Assembly: GCA_964016885.1 (NCBI GenBank)
Contig: OZ024741.1
Location: forward strand, 78,120,001 to 78,184,000
Direction: 5' to 3'
From: Eledone cirrhosa
Lineage: Eukaryota
DNA: 64,000 nucleotides
Positions 1 through 12,898 of the stretch are shown in pieces. The notes under the pieces were generated by a model. It had not been told where the DNA came from. It made no database searches and worked only from the letters and a program-made list of their open reading frames with translations. Position numbers and translations under genes: made by a program. The stretch's first letter is position 1. Every line of letters begins with the position of its first letter.

Positions 1-2619
1 TCTATAGGAGCCCCCAGAAAAGGGTCATGGGTATTGCCCTTTCTCCAAGCTAAGCAAGAGAAAAAGCAAAACAATGACACCTCTTAAGAAAAGAGCAAAA
101 ACAACTGAAGCATAAAATAATAAAAACTGAAGACAAGGTATCTTCATATAGGACAATGGAAGGTGGGCCTGTCACCAATGGGATGACTCTGGATGGCACT
201 ACTTTTCAATGTTGTGTCCTCAGATTAATAATATAGAGTTTATAAAAAATATCCTGAAATACGTTGCTTGAAGTCTTGTCTTTACTAACTTCTCTTTTCA
301 AAACATGAACAAAGAACAACAAACAAAAATAGTTAACCAAAGATAGTCATAAAATTCTATAGGGAATTAGAGTGTTCATTTAGAATGTATGTGTGTGTGA
401 TGTGATCATCATTTTTCCATACTGGCATGAGTTGGGGGAGATTATTTTGAGGCAATATTCTATGGCTGGATGTCCTTCCTGGTGCCAAACCTCAATTGGG
501 TAAATATATAGAATATCCCACTCGATTTCAGTGGCAAAAAATGTTTTTCCTTGGTTTTACTCATGTGCTATAAATGGAAACCCTAAACATCTAAGAAATC
601 CAGAAACAATTGAGGAAAGATAATTTTTTCCCCACTGAAATCGAGTGGGATATTCCATAATAATATCTTCAATTGTTTTTTTAAAGTAAGGAAGGTACTG
701 ATTTTTGCTGAGTAGTAGGATTCTCTGCAGAACAAATATCACCACCTGTGATGTCGAATGCCAACAGAAGGGACAAACATACACACACACACATATACGA
801 TAGGCTTCCTTAGTTTCTATCAACCAAATTCACTCATAAAGGATTAGTCAGCCCGAATTTCTAGTAGAAGACATTTGTCCAAGATGCCACGCAGTGGGGT
901 TAAGCCCCAAACCATGTATGTGTGTGTGTATACGTGTATATATGTGTGTGTATACGTGTATATATGCATGTGTGTTACATATTGTAAACTTCAATCCAGA
1001 ACATTTCTTGTTCATAGATTCAATTTAAACTTAGTTTTTTTAAATATCTTTCATCATATATCTAGTAATTATTTAATTTTAATAATTAAATACATTCAAC
1101 TTGATTTACAAATGATCTGCAGCATATTACACGTAACCTTAGAAACACATTTCAAGTATATGCAAACTATTGACATTGGACACGACACCTCATCCTAAAC
1201 TATTACAGGTATCTGAGTAATTAATATGCATGCATATACGATAGTACAGGAGCCACAATATAATGCATCCAGTAAACTCTGTAAAATGATTGGTGTTAGG
1301 AAGGGCATCCAGTCGTAGAAACCATGCCAAAAAATGGAATGTAGGAGCAAGACGTGGTCCGACGACCAGTCAAGAAGAACAGTAACACCGAATAAGTGAG
1401 GCGGACCATGACATGTTCAACACATGCTAGCGTACTGAGCTGGTGTTTTCTTTATCGGCCCTGAAAGGATAGAAAGCAACGTGGACATCAGTGTGACTTG
1501 AACATGGAATGCAGAGAACAAATATCGAACACTCTAAAGACACTGCTAAATCGACTGCCATGTATGTGTGTACACATGGATGTTATAGAATGGTAGACAG
1601 TTATTAGACAGGGTATTTAAGTATATATGTCTAGATACTTTTTACACCAAATACCTGAGAAAACACACATACACTCAATAGAAATTAACATGAACAGTAA
1701 AAATTTACATTAACACGCGCACTACACAAACATGTCTTGAATTAACACTATGTTATCTTTAATAAGTGAAAAAAACCCCATTAAAATCGAGAATATAATT
1801 TCTATCTTCCCATCTGTATTCATTTTGGACTTGCTTAAAGATGATTCGCATTCTTTTGTCGGCTAGACGAACTGAGGTTTTGAGAGCTAAATGTTTTGTC
1901 CTTCACCGTTCGGACAACACGCGATTCATGTGTGAAATTAAACAGGATAATAATTGAACAGACACCGAAAAAACAATATTGGACAAAAAGGTGTGTGGGG
2001 GGGGGGGGGGGGGGGGGTCCACTCGGAGTTTTCCCTACGGATTTTTTTTTTTCGCGAGTTATCAACGAATAGGACCTCCAAACCAGTCAGACACGACTAG
2101 ATTTGTAGAAAAGGTAGAGTAAAGCAGGCAAAAAGACCATCGGAGTTTCGCAGATCTACACACTTCGCGTTTAGTGGGAAATAATTATCTTTCCTTGTTT
2201 TTTTTTTCTGGACCTCTTAAATGCTTGTAATCAACTTTTTTCCTCGTTTAGGGATAGTTTTTATGCTACGGTTAAGACTATATATATATGCGTAGTCGCG
2301 AGAAATTAAAGATAACACGAGCAAGGGATAGATAAGCGTAAGAGTAATAGATTCAGAGAAAAAAGAAATATATACGTGTGTGTGTGTGTGTGAGAGAGAG
2401 ATGTGGATTGTCGAAAGATGGGAGTGACAGATGACATAGATACAAACAGAGAAAGACATGGTTGATGTTGCATTTATATACACGAACATTAAGAAAAATA
2501 TCTAGTCGATCAAACAAACATATATGAGAGAGAGAGAGGCGTGTGGAATGGAGAAAGTAATATAGAGACTGTGACAACGAGCATTATCAAATAATAGATT
2601 ACAATATTCTCTTGTTTAC

Positions 2620-2700
2620 CTGCTTGTAATGTATCCTGGTAGGTTTAATATACTTCGATTTGTCGAATGTCGATAAACTCACATCGCTGATGTTTTCCAT
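2620..2700 (-). CDS. Putative first coding exon of a separate minus-strand gene (MENISDVSLSTFDKSKYIKPTRIHYKQ)
   Basis: ATG in acaaATGG context, 27 open codons, then a phase-0 donor CAG|gtaaac. It sits in a CpG-richer unique stretch (about 1850-3400). No homology recognised. Confidence 0.3.
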
Positions 2701-2974
2701 TTGTACGAGACTCTGTTACGAGTTCTTTCTGAGAAAACTGAAAACGCTTTAAACTCTTTTTTACACTTTATCTCTCTATTTCACTTTCTGTTTTCTTTCT
2801 TCATAAGCCTTATATAATAATGCCACTCTCCCACCTCTAAGTGCAACAACTCCCCGTACAAAGGTCGTCTTCCCTGACACACAATCTCTCTATCTCTCTT
2901 TCTCTTTCTGACCGACCAGAAGGCCGTAGTCGTGTATTATATGATCTGAATCACATCTGTTCATTTTAGGGATA

Positions 2975-3125
2975 TAAGTCGACCCAGAACTTGATTGGTA
3001 CTTTATTTTATCCACCCCAGAAGGCTGAAAGGCAAAGTTGGTCTCGGCAGGATTTGAACTCAGAACGTAAACGATTGTAATTAAACAGGGCACTTTGTCC
3101 GATGTTCTACCCATTCTGCCAAAGT
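2975..3125 (-). mobile_element. tRNA-headed SINE with Meta/RUDI-like central domain
   Basis: Minus strand reads gagttcaaatcctgccgagaccaactttgcctttcagccttctggggtggataaaataaagtacc. The same motif recurs more than 10 times in the window. Confidence 0.7.
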
Positions 3126-4039
3126 GTATGAACATCCATTACGACATTTTGCCGAAAACCATATAGCTTTAATGAGGGTTAATTAGTAGTTTAGCTGAAT
3201 ACGATTTACAAAAGAAATTAAACAGATAAAAAAAATGAAAGACAATAAATAAAAACCAAAAAAAAAAACGAGAAAACACACACACTCAATTACACACCAC
3301 TGCAACAGACCTGTCAACTGTCCCCGCCAGACGGGGAGATACTCCTCTCCACACACTTTGGGGTGGATGAGAGATGTCTTCTCTTGCGAAAATGGGTATA
3401 GCTTTCATTATGTAAAATCTCCCCATTTTGCCTAATTTTTCCCCGTTTTGGGGCATTTTTTTTTGTAGTACTCTGTTTGGGTTTTTAGAGGTTGACAGGA
3501 TGCTGCAGGGAATGCTAGTGTTTCCTTCTAAACATTTTCAAGACATACATGGCATTGCTGTAGGTGATAGAGAGTCTAAGGTAAGGGAATAACCAAGTAC
3601 CACAATGAGCATCACCTGATATTTCAGTAAAGCAAGCTGCTGACAATGACCAGAACCTTGTCTGCAACCCAGTTTCTTTTAACGTCTTGAATGCCACAGT
3701 CTGAAAAAATTATTTAACTGATAATTCATGGGATTTCAGTATTTTATTCCATTCAGCTATAGATGCAGCAACCCTCACCTTTGCCTAAGTTTTCAAAATT
3801 TGTGAAAGAGTAGCTGACAGTGGCATCCGAAATGTGACATTTACCTCTAACCCAAGAGGAAGAGGTAAGACAAGACCATCAGTCCTTTTCACATTGACCC
3901 TTGATATTAATTCTGGCTAGAATCTGCTTAATTATTAGGTTCAACTTGGTATAATGAGTGAAGCAGCCTGCATTTAGATAAGACAATTCATGAGAACCCA
4001 TGGAATCAAGGGGTGTGCCACATCAACATTCTAATTCTC

Positions 4040-4360
4040 CACATAGTCAGTTTTGACTGAGTGTTCCAGCTTGCTCATGAACTTTAAGTGTAAATGACTG
4101 AGCATTCTACAGACATGTGCTGCATGCTTCATGTAATTCTCTGGGAGATTCAGCATGACATAGTGTGTGACAAGGCTGGCCCTTTGAATTACATGTACAG
4201 TCCATTTGAAGGGTTTCCAAATGATTTCCGTCTACCTAGTTTTACTCACAAGGAATGGGTTGGCCCAAGGCTATGTATGGTAAATGACACTAGCTCAAGA
4301 TGTCACACAGTGGGATTGAACCCAGACCCTAAACATTTGGGCATGCTGAGCACATTAGTT
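4040..4360 (-). mobile_element. SINE, second family (degenerate)
   Basis: Reverse-complement similarity to the tRNA-headed copy at 22301-22600 (tgtaattcaaagggccagccttgtcacac) and to 15930-16210. Confidence 0.55.
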
Positions 4361-4779
4361 TTGTTGCTAGATCCACTATTTTCAACCAGACTAGCTTTGG
4401 AATTAGAAAATAGAGCAGAGCAGCAATTCATGAACTGGAGAAAGAAGCAGAGAAATTCCATCACAAATATGGTAGAGGTATATGAGAGAAAGACATTAGC
4501 TGGGAGCAAAAATAAATACTTAAATAATTGTTGCAGAGTTGCAGTGATTACAACTGCATCAGCTGCAGCTGGTTTGTTATGATGGATGCAGATTATCCAT
4601 TAGGTATAACAATTGATAATTTTCCATGAAATTTATTCTTAAATTTTTGTAATTATCTTCCCTCTTATTTGAAAGTCGTTAACAATTGCTGCAAAGATTT
4701 ATTTTCTTTCTTCAACTTAGAGGCAAATTATAATACATTGAAAATTTTTTGTATATGCCATTCAATACATCACCACCTA

Positions 4780-5335
4780 CCTGATTTATCCAGTTTACAT
4801 AATTTTCAGGAGCTGGTGCAGTAATGCGCCAGCTTCAGCATTTGGTAATCAGAAGAAGCCAAACTCGCTATCTTCAATTCGATATTCATGCCAACCCTTA
4901 CCTATGGTCACGAATCTTGGGTAATGACCAAAAGAGTATGACCGTGAATACAAATGGCCGAAAAGGGGTTCTCCCAAAGGATCTGCAGAGTAACGTTACT
5001 TGATAGACTGCGTAGCTCGGAGATCAGAGAGTCACTCTAGGTAGAACTGCTACTTCACCAAATTGAGAGATCACAGCTATGATACTATGGGTATGTGGTT
5101 AGAATGTCTCAGGAAAGAATTGCTGGACAGATTTTACAGGCAATACCAACTGGCAGGGAGACCCAGAGGTAGACCCTGAGCAAGATGATTGGATAACATC
5201 CATGAGCGGTCTTGCCTGGACATCCAGCCAGATCAGTTGGAGATGGGTGCTTCAGACAGGACCCACTGGAAGGAGTGTTTGAGGGCTCTGCCTTCATAAC
5301 CCTCTTAGGAATAAGTGGGTGGAGAAGAAGACATA
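4780..5335 (+). mobile_element. RTE-clade LINE 3' fragment (degenerate)
   Basis: Translates to pieces such as AKLAIFNSIFMPTLTYGHESWVM and ends ggaataagtgggtggagaagaag. The same 3' end is at 24603 and near 60050. Confidence 0.7.
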
Positions 5336-5583
5336 TGAGTCATTCTTTTTTTTATAACCCTTTGAACTGGTTATATTTTCTACGATGCAGAGGTACTAAC
5401 AATTTTATCTCATGCATCAACTACAAAACGTGAGACCTTCAAACGCTGACAACGAGACAACGTTGCTTATTTATAACAGTCCACCCAGTCTATTTCAAAA
5501 GGGTGTTCACCACAACACTTTTATACTATAGGGACAAATAAAAGAAACAACGAAAAAGATAATCATTTCATGTTATTGTATTC

Positions 5584-5879
5584 TTTATTCTCTTAGTAAT
5601 CAATTCTAAATACATTCATTTCTTTATAATCTATTTTATATATGTGTGTAATTTAGCAAGAATTTTCTAATATAAATAATGTGTGCATAAATATTCATTA
5701 TGTATATATTTCAATTAATTTTTAATTAATAATTTAGGAGAGCAATAGAGACTTGTGATTGTTGTTCTTGTTGTTGGTGGTCTTTGTCATCATGATAGTC
5801 ATGGTGGAATGTATGTTGTCGGTTTACTATATCTCTGCATATCTGTAAAAAGATCAGTGTATTTCTATACCTGTCACTT
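5584..5879 (-). other. Candidate terminal exon and 3' UTR of the EGF-domain gene
   Basis: Acceptors tctcatttcag| (5879) and tttttacag| (5842) give short phase-1 tails ending in TGA. An AT-rich stretch follows, with AATAAA at 5589-5584 and a U/GU-rich downstream tract. Confidence 0.25.
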
Positions 5880-6309
5880 CTGAAATGAGAATAGCATTTA
5901 AAGTTATGAATGTATGTATGTGTATGTGTGTGTGTGTGTGTGTGTACCTGTAACTTCTGATTGTGTCATAAGGGCACTATAGTTATATGTGACATGATTT
6001 TGGTATTTTCAACTTGGTGCAGCCCATCCCTTTACCTGGTTGGAACACAGGCAATTTCTTCCAAAGAAAGAGGAAGTGAGAAAGAGATTTACATATATAT
6101 TCAACTCTAGTACTGGACTGGTACTTTTTTATGGACCTTAAAAGGATGAAAAAAAGGTTGACCTCAGATTTTGAATGCAGAGTGCTGAGAGCCTGAATGA
6201 ATACTACAAAGCATTCTATCTCACATTCTACCAACTCTGCCAATTCAAAGCCTTTTAAAATTTATACAATCACAGATTCAGTAAAAGTTTTCAAACTAAA
6301 TGGTCATCT

Positions 6310-7455
6310 CTCTGGCACACTTCATCTGATTTCTCTTACACTCAGCTTTTCTCTCAGTTACCTCTTGCTCTGTTGTTCATGCACACTAATATTAAACACC
6401 AGTGGAACATGCAAGCTTCATTCCTCTCCAGTCAGCAAAAATCTTCTGCACTCATGGCCTACATATTGCAACTATGCAGCACAGCATTTCCAATTTCACT
6501 TTGGGAGAGAAGCCCTTTGTTTACACCAGAAGAAGCAGCTTTCTGAATTTGTTTCCTTCCTGTTCTCACTCTAGCTACAACACTTTCAATACAGCCACCT
6601 TCATTGCTAATGAAGTTGTAAAAGCTATTTACCACTTCTTATGATTCTTCTGGGTATTTGAGGGATTTTATTTCATGAGTAAACTTACTGTTGTCTACTG
6701 CTGTGCAACTGTCACATATGAAGTTTATCTTCTGTGTCAGCCTACCTTTGATCCTACTACACCTCTTCTGTGTCCATACACTGGGTTCACCATATGGAAT
6801 TCCTACCTACACCATTTCTGTATGTTGGCATGGCCATTTCTTTGATACTAGCAGGGTCTTATCTTCTTTCCTACTTACTAAAACTTTAGTCTTTGCTAGG
6901 TTTACTTTGAGGCCCTTCAATTTCAGATTTTGCTTCCATATTTGGGACATCTAATTATATTCCAGCTTTTGCTATAAGCGCTAAATCATTAGCATACAGG
7001 ATTTCCCATGGACAATCAGTCTTTAGTTCCTCTGTTATGACTTGAAGGACTATAATAATATAATAAAGAGGATGTGGCTGAGGACTTTGCCTAGGTGAAC
7101 ACCCACTTGCAAAGTCGTTGCTAACTCTCACCCTGCTAGTTGCAATTCTGTACATAGCCTGTATAGTTCTCACAAGCCATTCTTCTATCCTTAGCTTTCT
7201 AAATCACAGAGCATGCTATTTTGTCAGATCTTTTCCAGGTCAACAAATATTAAACATATGGCCTTACTTTTATACTTTTAGCTAAGTATTTCTGCAGTTG
7301 TCTTACTAGGAATATGTCATTGTTAATGCTTCTTGTCGACACCAAGCCAAACTGTATCTCATCAAAATTCTGTCCCTAATCAATTGTGCAATTACTCTCT
7401 CAGTGACCTTCATGATCTAACAGATTGATGTTTCTGTAATTTTCCCTCTCTAGTG
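6310..7455 (-). mobile_element. RTE LINE reverse transcriptase fragment (degenerate)
   Basis: VLQVITEELKTDCPWEILYANDLALIA is a decayed LYADD RT motif. Multiple stops and frameshifts. Confidence 0.75.
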
Positions 7456-7747
7456 CATTTGAATTACAAATACAGACCATCTGATGGGCTTCCAAAAAGT
7501 TTCTGTCTTCCCGAGGTAAAGGTTGACATTTGCTCAAGATACCACACAGTGGGATCAAACCCAGGGCTTAATGATTGTGAAGAAAACTCCTTTACTATTT
7601 GGCCATGTTGCATCTACCAATAGTACTATTCATCAATCTCTTATTTGCCAAGTACTAAATTATGATATATAAAGGAATGCAACATAAAAACATACATACA
7701 TGCACACAAATACATACATCATACAAACATACTCACATATACATACA

Positions 7748-7797
<50 letters not shown>

Positions 7798-7798
<1 letters not shown>

Positions 7799-9015
7799 GA
7801 GGGTGAGCTGAAAAGTTCATAGGCTGACTATGAAAGAGTGATGCCTTAATTTCAACTCTTCTTATTAATAATTGCATTGTTTCTTTCCAAGTGAACTGAC
7901 ATCTGACTGTTCAAAGAAAACTTTAGAAGTAACTAGTAGCGACTTCTCTTGAAAATGGACAAAATTTGGCATTGTGGTGTCATCAAGTACCTACAGAAAA
8001 AAGGTTTAGCTCCCAAGGACATTCATGTTGACATGGCTGCTATATTAAGGGATGATGATGCTTTAGCTTTATCAATTGTGCAAAATTGGGCAGCTGAATT
8101 TAAGAAGGGAAGGGAGAGTCTTAAAGATGACCCAAGGTCTGGATATCCTGTAACTGCAACCACCAAGGAAAACATTGATTGTGTTCACCATGTGGTGATG
8201 GATGACAGACGAATGACTATAAATCAAGTAACCAATGCTATCAGCATATCCTGTGAGAGAGTTGAGAATATTCTGCACAATGAACTTGGAACAATGAAGG
8301 TTTTGCTCAGTAGGTGCCATGTCTTCTGACACATGATCAAAAGTTCACCAAACTGATCATATCATGGGTAAATCTGACATTGTTTGAGTTCATCACTTTG
8401 AGACGAAGAGACAATCCATGCAGTGGAAACAGCCCCCCTCATCTGCTCCAAAGAAGGCTAAGATAGTTTTAACCGCAGGGAAGGTAATGGCTTCAGGTTT
8501 TGGAGAATGCAAAAGCCATTGTGTTTATTGACTATCTTCAAAAGAGCGATACTATCAATGGAGAGTACCTTGACATCTTGCTGAGGCAGTTACGAAAAGC
8601 TATCAAGACAAAACACTCAGGAAAACTGATGAACGAGGTCTTGTTTCATCAGGATGGTGTTCCAGCACACAAATCCTTGGTGTCAATAGCTGCTGTGTGT
8701 GTGGCTGTGGCTTTGAACAGGTTGATCACTCTCCCTATTCTCCTGATTTGGCCCCATCTGACTATCATCTGTTCCCCAACATGAAAAAAACACTTGGCTG
8801 GGAACCAGTATCACAATGATAATGACATCATATCTGCTGTTGATGACTTTTGACCAACAGGATGAAAGCTTCTTCACCAATGGGATCCAAGCACTGCAAC
8901 ATCGATGGGAGAAGTGTGTGGCCTTCAAGCGGGACTATATTGAAAAATAAACCTCATTTGGTCACATTTCATGAGAATATCTTAGTCAGCCTATGAACTG
9001 TTCAGCTGACCCTCA
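7798..9015 (+). mobile_element. Mariner (DD34D-type) DNA transposon, near full-length but inactivated
   Basis: TIRs CGAGGGTGAGCTGAAAAGTTCATAGGCTGACTA and TAGTCAGCCTATGAACTGTTCAGCTGACCCTCA, flanked by TA. Frameshifted transposase pieces: WAAEFKKGRESLKDDPRSG, FHQDGVPAH, and PYSPDLAPSDYHLF (mariner YSPDLAP motif). Confidence 0.92.
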
Positions 9016-9073
9016 TATATATATATAAACAACGAACAGCGGAGGACACGTTTCGCACCTTTCCGACAGACAA

Positions 9074-9105
<32 letters not shown>

Positions 9106-9660
9106 CCCCCAGTTGATGGATGTGAATCCGAAATATATAGGGACAATTAAATCTCTCCCAAGGTAACTCTATCTCGTGTTGTTATTTTTATTTTTATCCT
9201 TTACGCTCTTTCCTTCATTCCTCTACACGCTACAGTCTTATACACACCATGCATCTCAACGTACACCCACTTACATCTCTCTCTCCACCACCACCACCGG
9301 ATCTTGTTACCCGGAGATTTACCCATCTGCATTGTCGAGGCTTCCAAATGACTTAAAGAAATTTACCTTATTATTCCACAATGCTTCAAGCAAACTTCAA
9401 TACTCTCATATATATATATATATAAATATTTATGGTTTACATCTATTCTCCATGCTTGCATGGGTTAGACAGGGTGTTACTCACCGAGGCTAGACAGGCA
9501 GATTAGATGACTATGTCTTGCTCATATGTTCCATTTTGGCATGGCTTTTACAGCTGGATGCTCTTTCTAATACCAACCTCTTCATGATGTGTATCCGGTT
9601 TGTTTTTCCTAGTACTGCCATTTGATAGGGTGGATTGGCTATATATATATATATATATAT

Positions 9661-12657
9661 GGGATAACAAGTTATCATTATAGGTAATCCAGTTAGAGGT
9701 TGTGAGTACTCTGCGTAGTGGATAGTTTTAACGTACGGCTTTGTTTGACTCAACAAGATGTTTCCATAGTTAGGCAGCGAGTTCGCAGTAATTCCTATGC
9801 AGGTTATACTTGGAGTAATAATAGTGAAAGAATGAAGAGTAAATGGTTAGCTGTACAACAAGGGGCTTTATTTCAGGTATTGATAATTGTTTCATTGATC
9901 AGGTGAGTCTAGAGGTCGCTAATCACTCGAAGTTGCATCATTTGACTCCATTACATTATTTACCTCTGATCAACACATCAGAATACATAGATATAAAAAT
10001 AATTCACTCGAGGCAAGATATATATAGAAGAGTAGCGTATAATCAAAACAATAACATCAATAATAAAATATATATGGTAAATAGGTAGAGAAGTTACAGA
10101 TGTAAAAAGTAAAAAGTAAAAGATAAGAAAAGATACATTAAGAAAGTAAGAAAATAAGAAAATGGAAAATATAAAGAAATAAATAAGGATAAGTGAGAGC
10201 ATGTAAGTACAGAGTATGCTTGTGGTGGTGGTGAGTAAGTGTTCTTATAAGGATTCTTTGGTGGGTTTAGTGCTAACATGAAAAGTCAAATTCGAAACAA
10301 TACATAGATACGTGTAGGGAGTCTGATGTAGTGACAGATAAAAGAAAAAAGAAAAAGCAGTAAATTAGAGATTAATTGGGGGATACAGATATGAGATTTA
10401 AGGGCTAGGGGTGGATGGTGAAGGGAGGTTTGACAAACGTATGTGGTAAATGTTATGCTGATTGTCTTGTCTTAATGGGGTTGATGCTGTTTCAGAGAAA
10501 GAGATGTTCAGAGATTTATGATCTAGTGACCAGTTGGCCGTTTGACACCTAATAGCAGTGTGATGGTGTGTATTCCATATGCTAAAAACCAGGTGATTCA
10601 GTTCAAATTTTGGGATTGCTGATTCGAATCACGGTGGTTTGAAGTTTGTGAATCTGGTAGCTATTTTATGCCTACAGAAAATTGATCTTTCTATTTTGCT
10701 GTTAAGCAGCATCTTATTGTACTTATCGTACTATGGTATTTGTGTAGTTTAGGGAAGTGCTTGTCTATTTGCTTAAAGAATGTAGAAGGTAGTTTAGTTT
10801 TTATAGAGGAGTTGAATATTGGATTGAACCATAGTATCTTTAATAGAAAAACTATAAAACTATCTTACTCTACTGCAGCCAACATAGAATCACACATACG
10901 TAAAATCAACCACAAAAATATCTCTAAAGAAATTAACCTACCAACATACACCATAGCACCAAATACAAAACACAAACACATAACAACATCACAACCACAA
11001 ACACATCAGAGCGCATCACAACAAAACACTAATAGGCCTAAATCGCAACCCACCCACAACAACTTACAAAAACCCAACGGAGAACCTGCACACAGAAAAA
11101 CCTCAAATTGTAATTGCCACCTACTGGATAAGTGCCCACTACAAAATAGATGCCTGGACGAGTATGGTGTACTTGTGTACTGTAAATTCAGGCAACTCTA
11201 CTTGGCACTACATAGGTTCCACGGCTGGGGAGTTCAAGAAAAGGTGGTACGTCCACAGACACTCCATGAAGAACCGTAAACTGGAGAACTCTACGACGCT
11301 CGCCAATAAAATCTGGCAGCTTAAAAACACAAACCAAGAATATAAGATTAGTTGGTCAAAATAATCGGTAGCAAGGGTCTACAGCAACGGAATGTCCCAC
11401 TGCGCACTTTGTAATTTAGAACTACTCCATATTTTAAGGTACGATAAGATGCTGCTTAACAGCAAAATAGAAAGATCAATTTTCTGTAGGCATAAAATAG
11501 CTACCAGATTCACAAACTTCAAACCACAGTGATTCGAATCAGCAATCCCAAAATTTGAACTGAATCACCTGGATTTTAGCATATGGAATACACACCATCA
11601 CACTGCTATTAGGTGTCAAACGGCCAACTGGTCACTGGATCATAAATCTCTGAACATCTCTTTCACCCTCTTTCCCTGAAACAGCATCAACCCCATTAAG
11701 ACAAGACAATCAGCATAACATTTACCACACATGTTTGTCAAACCTCCCTTCACCATCCACCCCTAGCCCTTAAATCTCATATCTGTATCCCCCAATTAAT
11801 CTCTAATTTACTGCATTTCTTTTTTCTTTTATCTGTCACTGCATCAGACTCCCTACACGTATCTATGTATGTTTCGAATTTGACTTTTCATGTTAGCACT
11901 AAACCCACCAAAGAATCCTTATAAGAACACTTACTCACCACCACCACAAGCATACTCTGTACTTACATGCTCTCACTTATCCTTATTTATTTCTTTATAT
12001 TTTCCATTTTCTTATTTTCTTACTTTTTTAATGTATCTTTTCTTATCTTTTACTTTTTACTTTTTACATCTGTAACTTCTCTACCTATTTACCATATCAT
12101 CATCATCATCATCAGGTTTAGCGTCCGTGTTCCACGCTTGCATGGGTTTGGACGGGGGTTTTCCCACTTGAGGCAAGAGTGGTTGTCTTGCTCGCATAGG
12201 ACTGTCTGGCGGGTTTTCTACAGTTGGATGCCCTTCCTAACACCAACCACATTTACAGTGTGGGGCTGGGAGGTTTTTACCGTGTTGCCTACATGGCCAC
12301 ATTACAGCGTGGACTGTCTGGCGGGTTTTCTACAGCTGGATGCCCTTCCTAACACTAACCACATTTACAGTGTGGGGCTGGGAGGTTTTTACCGTGTTGC
12401 CTACACGGCCACATTTACAGCGTGGACTGTGTGTTTTTACCATATATATTTTATTATTGATGTTATTGTTTTGATTATACGCTACTCTTCTATATATATC
12501 TTGCCTCGAGTGAATTATTTTTATATCTATGTATTCTGATGTGTTGATCAGAGGTAAATAATGTAATGGAGTCAAATGATGCAACTTCAAGCGATTAGCG
12601 ACCTCTAGACTCACCTGATCAATGAAACAATTATCAATACCTGAAATAAAGCCCCTT
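9661..12657 (+). mobile_element. 5'-truncated Penelope-like retroelement with GIY-YIG endonuclease remnant and inverted terminal repeat
   Basis: 10830-11532 encodes, with frameshifts, SIFNRKTIKLSYS..CNC..CPL..CL..VYLCTV..YIGST..FKKRW..H..NSTTLANKIWQLK..CALC..E..LLNSK..CRH. 9860-10722 is the reverse complement of 11439-12657. The left end abuts (TA)n. Confidence 0.85.
12098..12435 (-). mobile_element. Short 3' end of the young RTE family nested in the Penelope repeat
   Basis: (GAT)n tail and 3' UTR match 18518 and 29167. A 10-bp TSD TTTACCATAT lies at 12088-12097 and 12436-12445. Contains an internal ~112-bp tandem duplication. Confidence 0.85.
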
Positions 12658-12898
12658 CCTACATATTTTTTGCTGTGAACCAAATTCTACTCACAAGTAA
12701 TTCGTTAATCTGAACCAATAGTAGACACTACTTGGCCAAGGTGCCATGCAATGGGATCAAATCAGGAAACATGTAGCAAACGTCTTAACCACACAGCTAT
12801 ACCTGCTCCTATATGGGATAGGAATTCAAAAAATGCAGCATGAGGTATAAAAATTAAATCAATCACTAAAATGTTAATAAACAATATGAAATACTTAC

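Noticed and set aside
4094-4582. 162-aa ORF
   Set aside because: Mostly overlaps a minus-strand SINE, with no recognisable domain or splice support.
7949-8784. Active or domesticated mariner transposase
   Set aside because: Multiple frameshifts and stops, and an apparent deletion around the first catalytic Asp region.
12608-12657. Hammerhead in the Penelope terminal repeat (CTGATCA...GAAA), mirrored at about 9860-9910
   Set aside because: The core has G8 replaced by C in both arms and stem I does not pair beyond 2 bp, so it cannot be supported.
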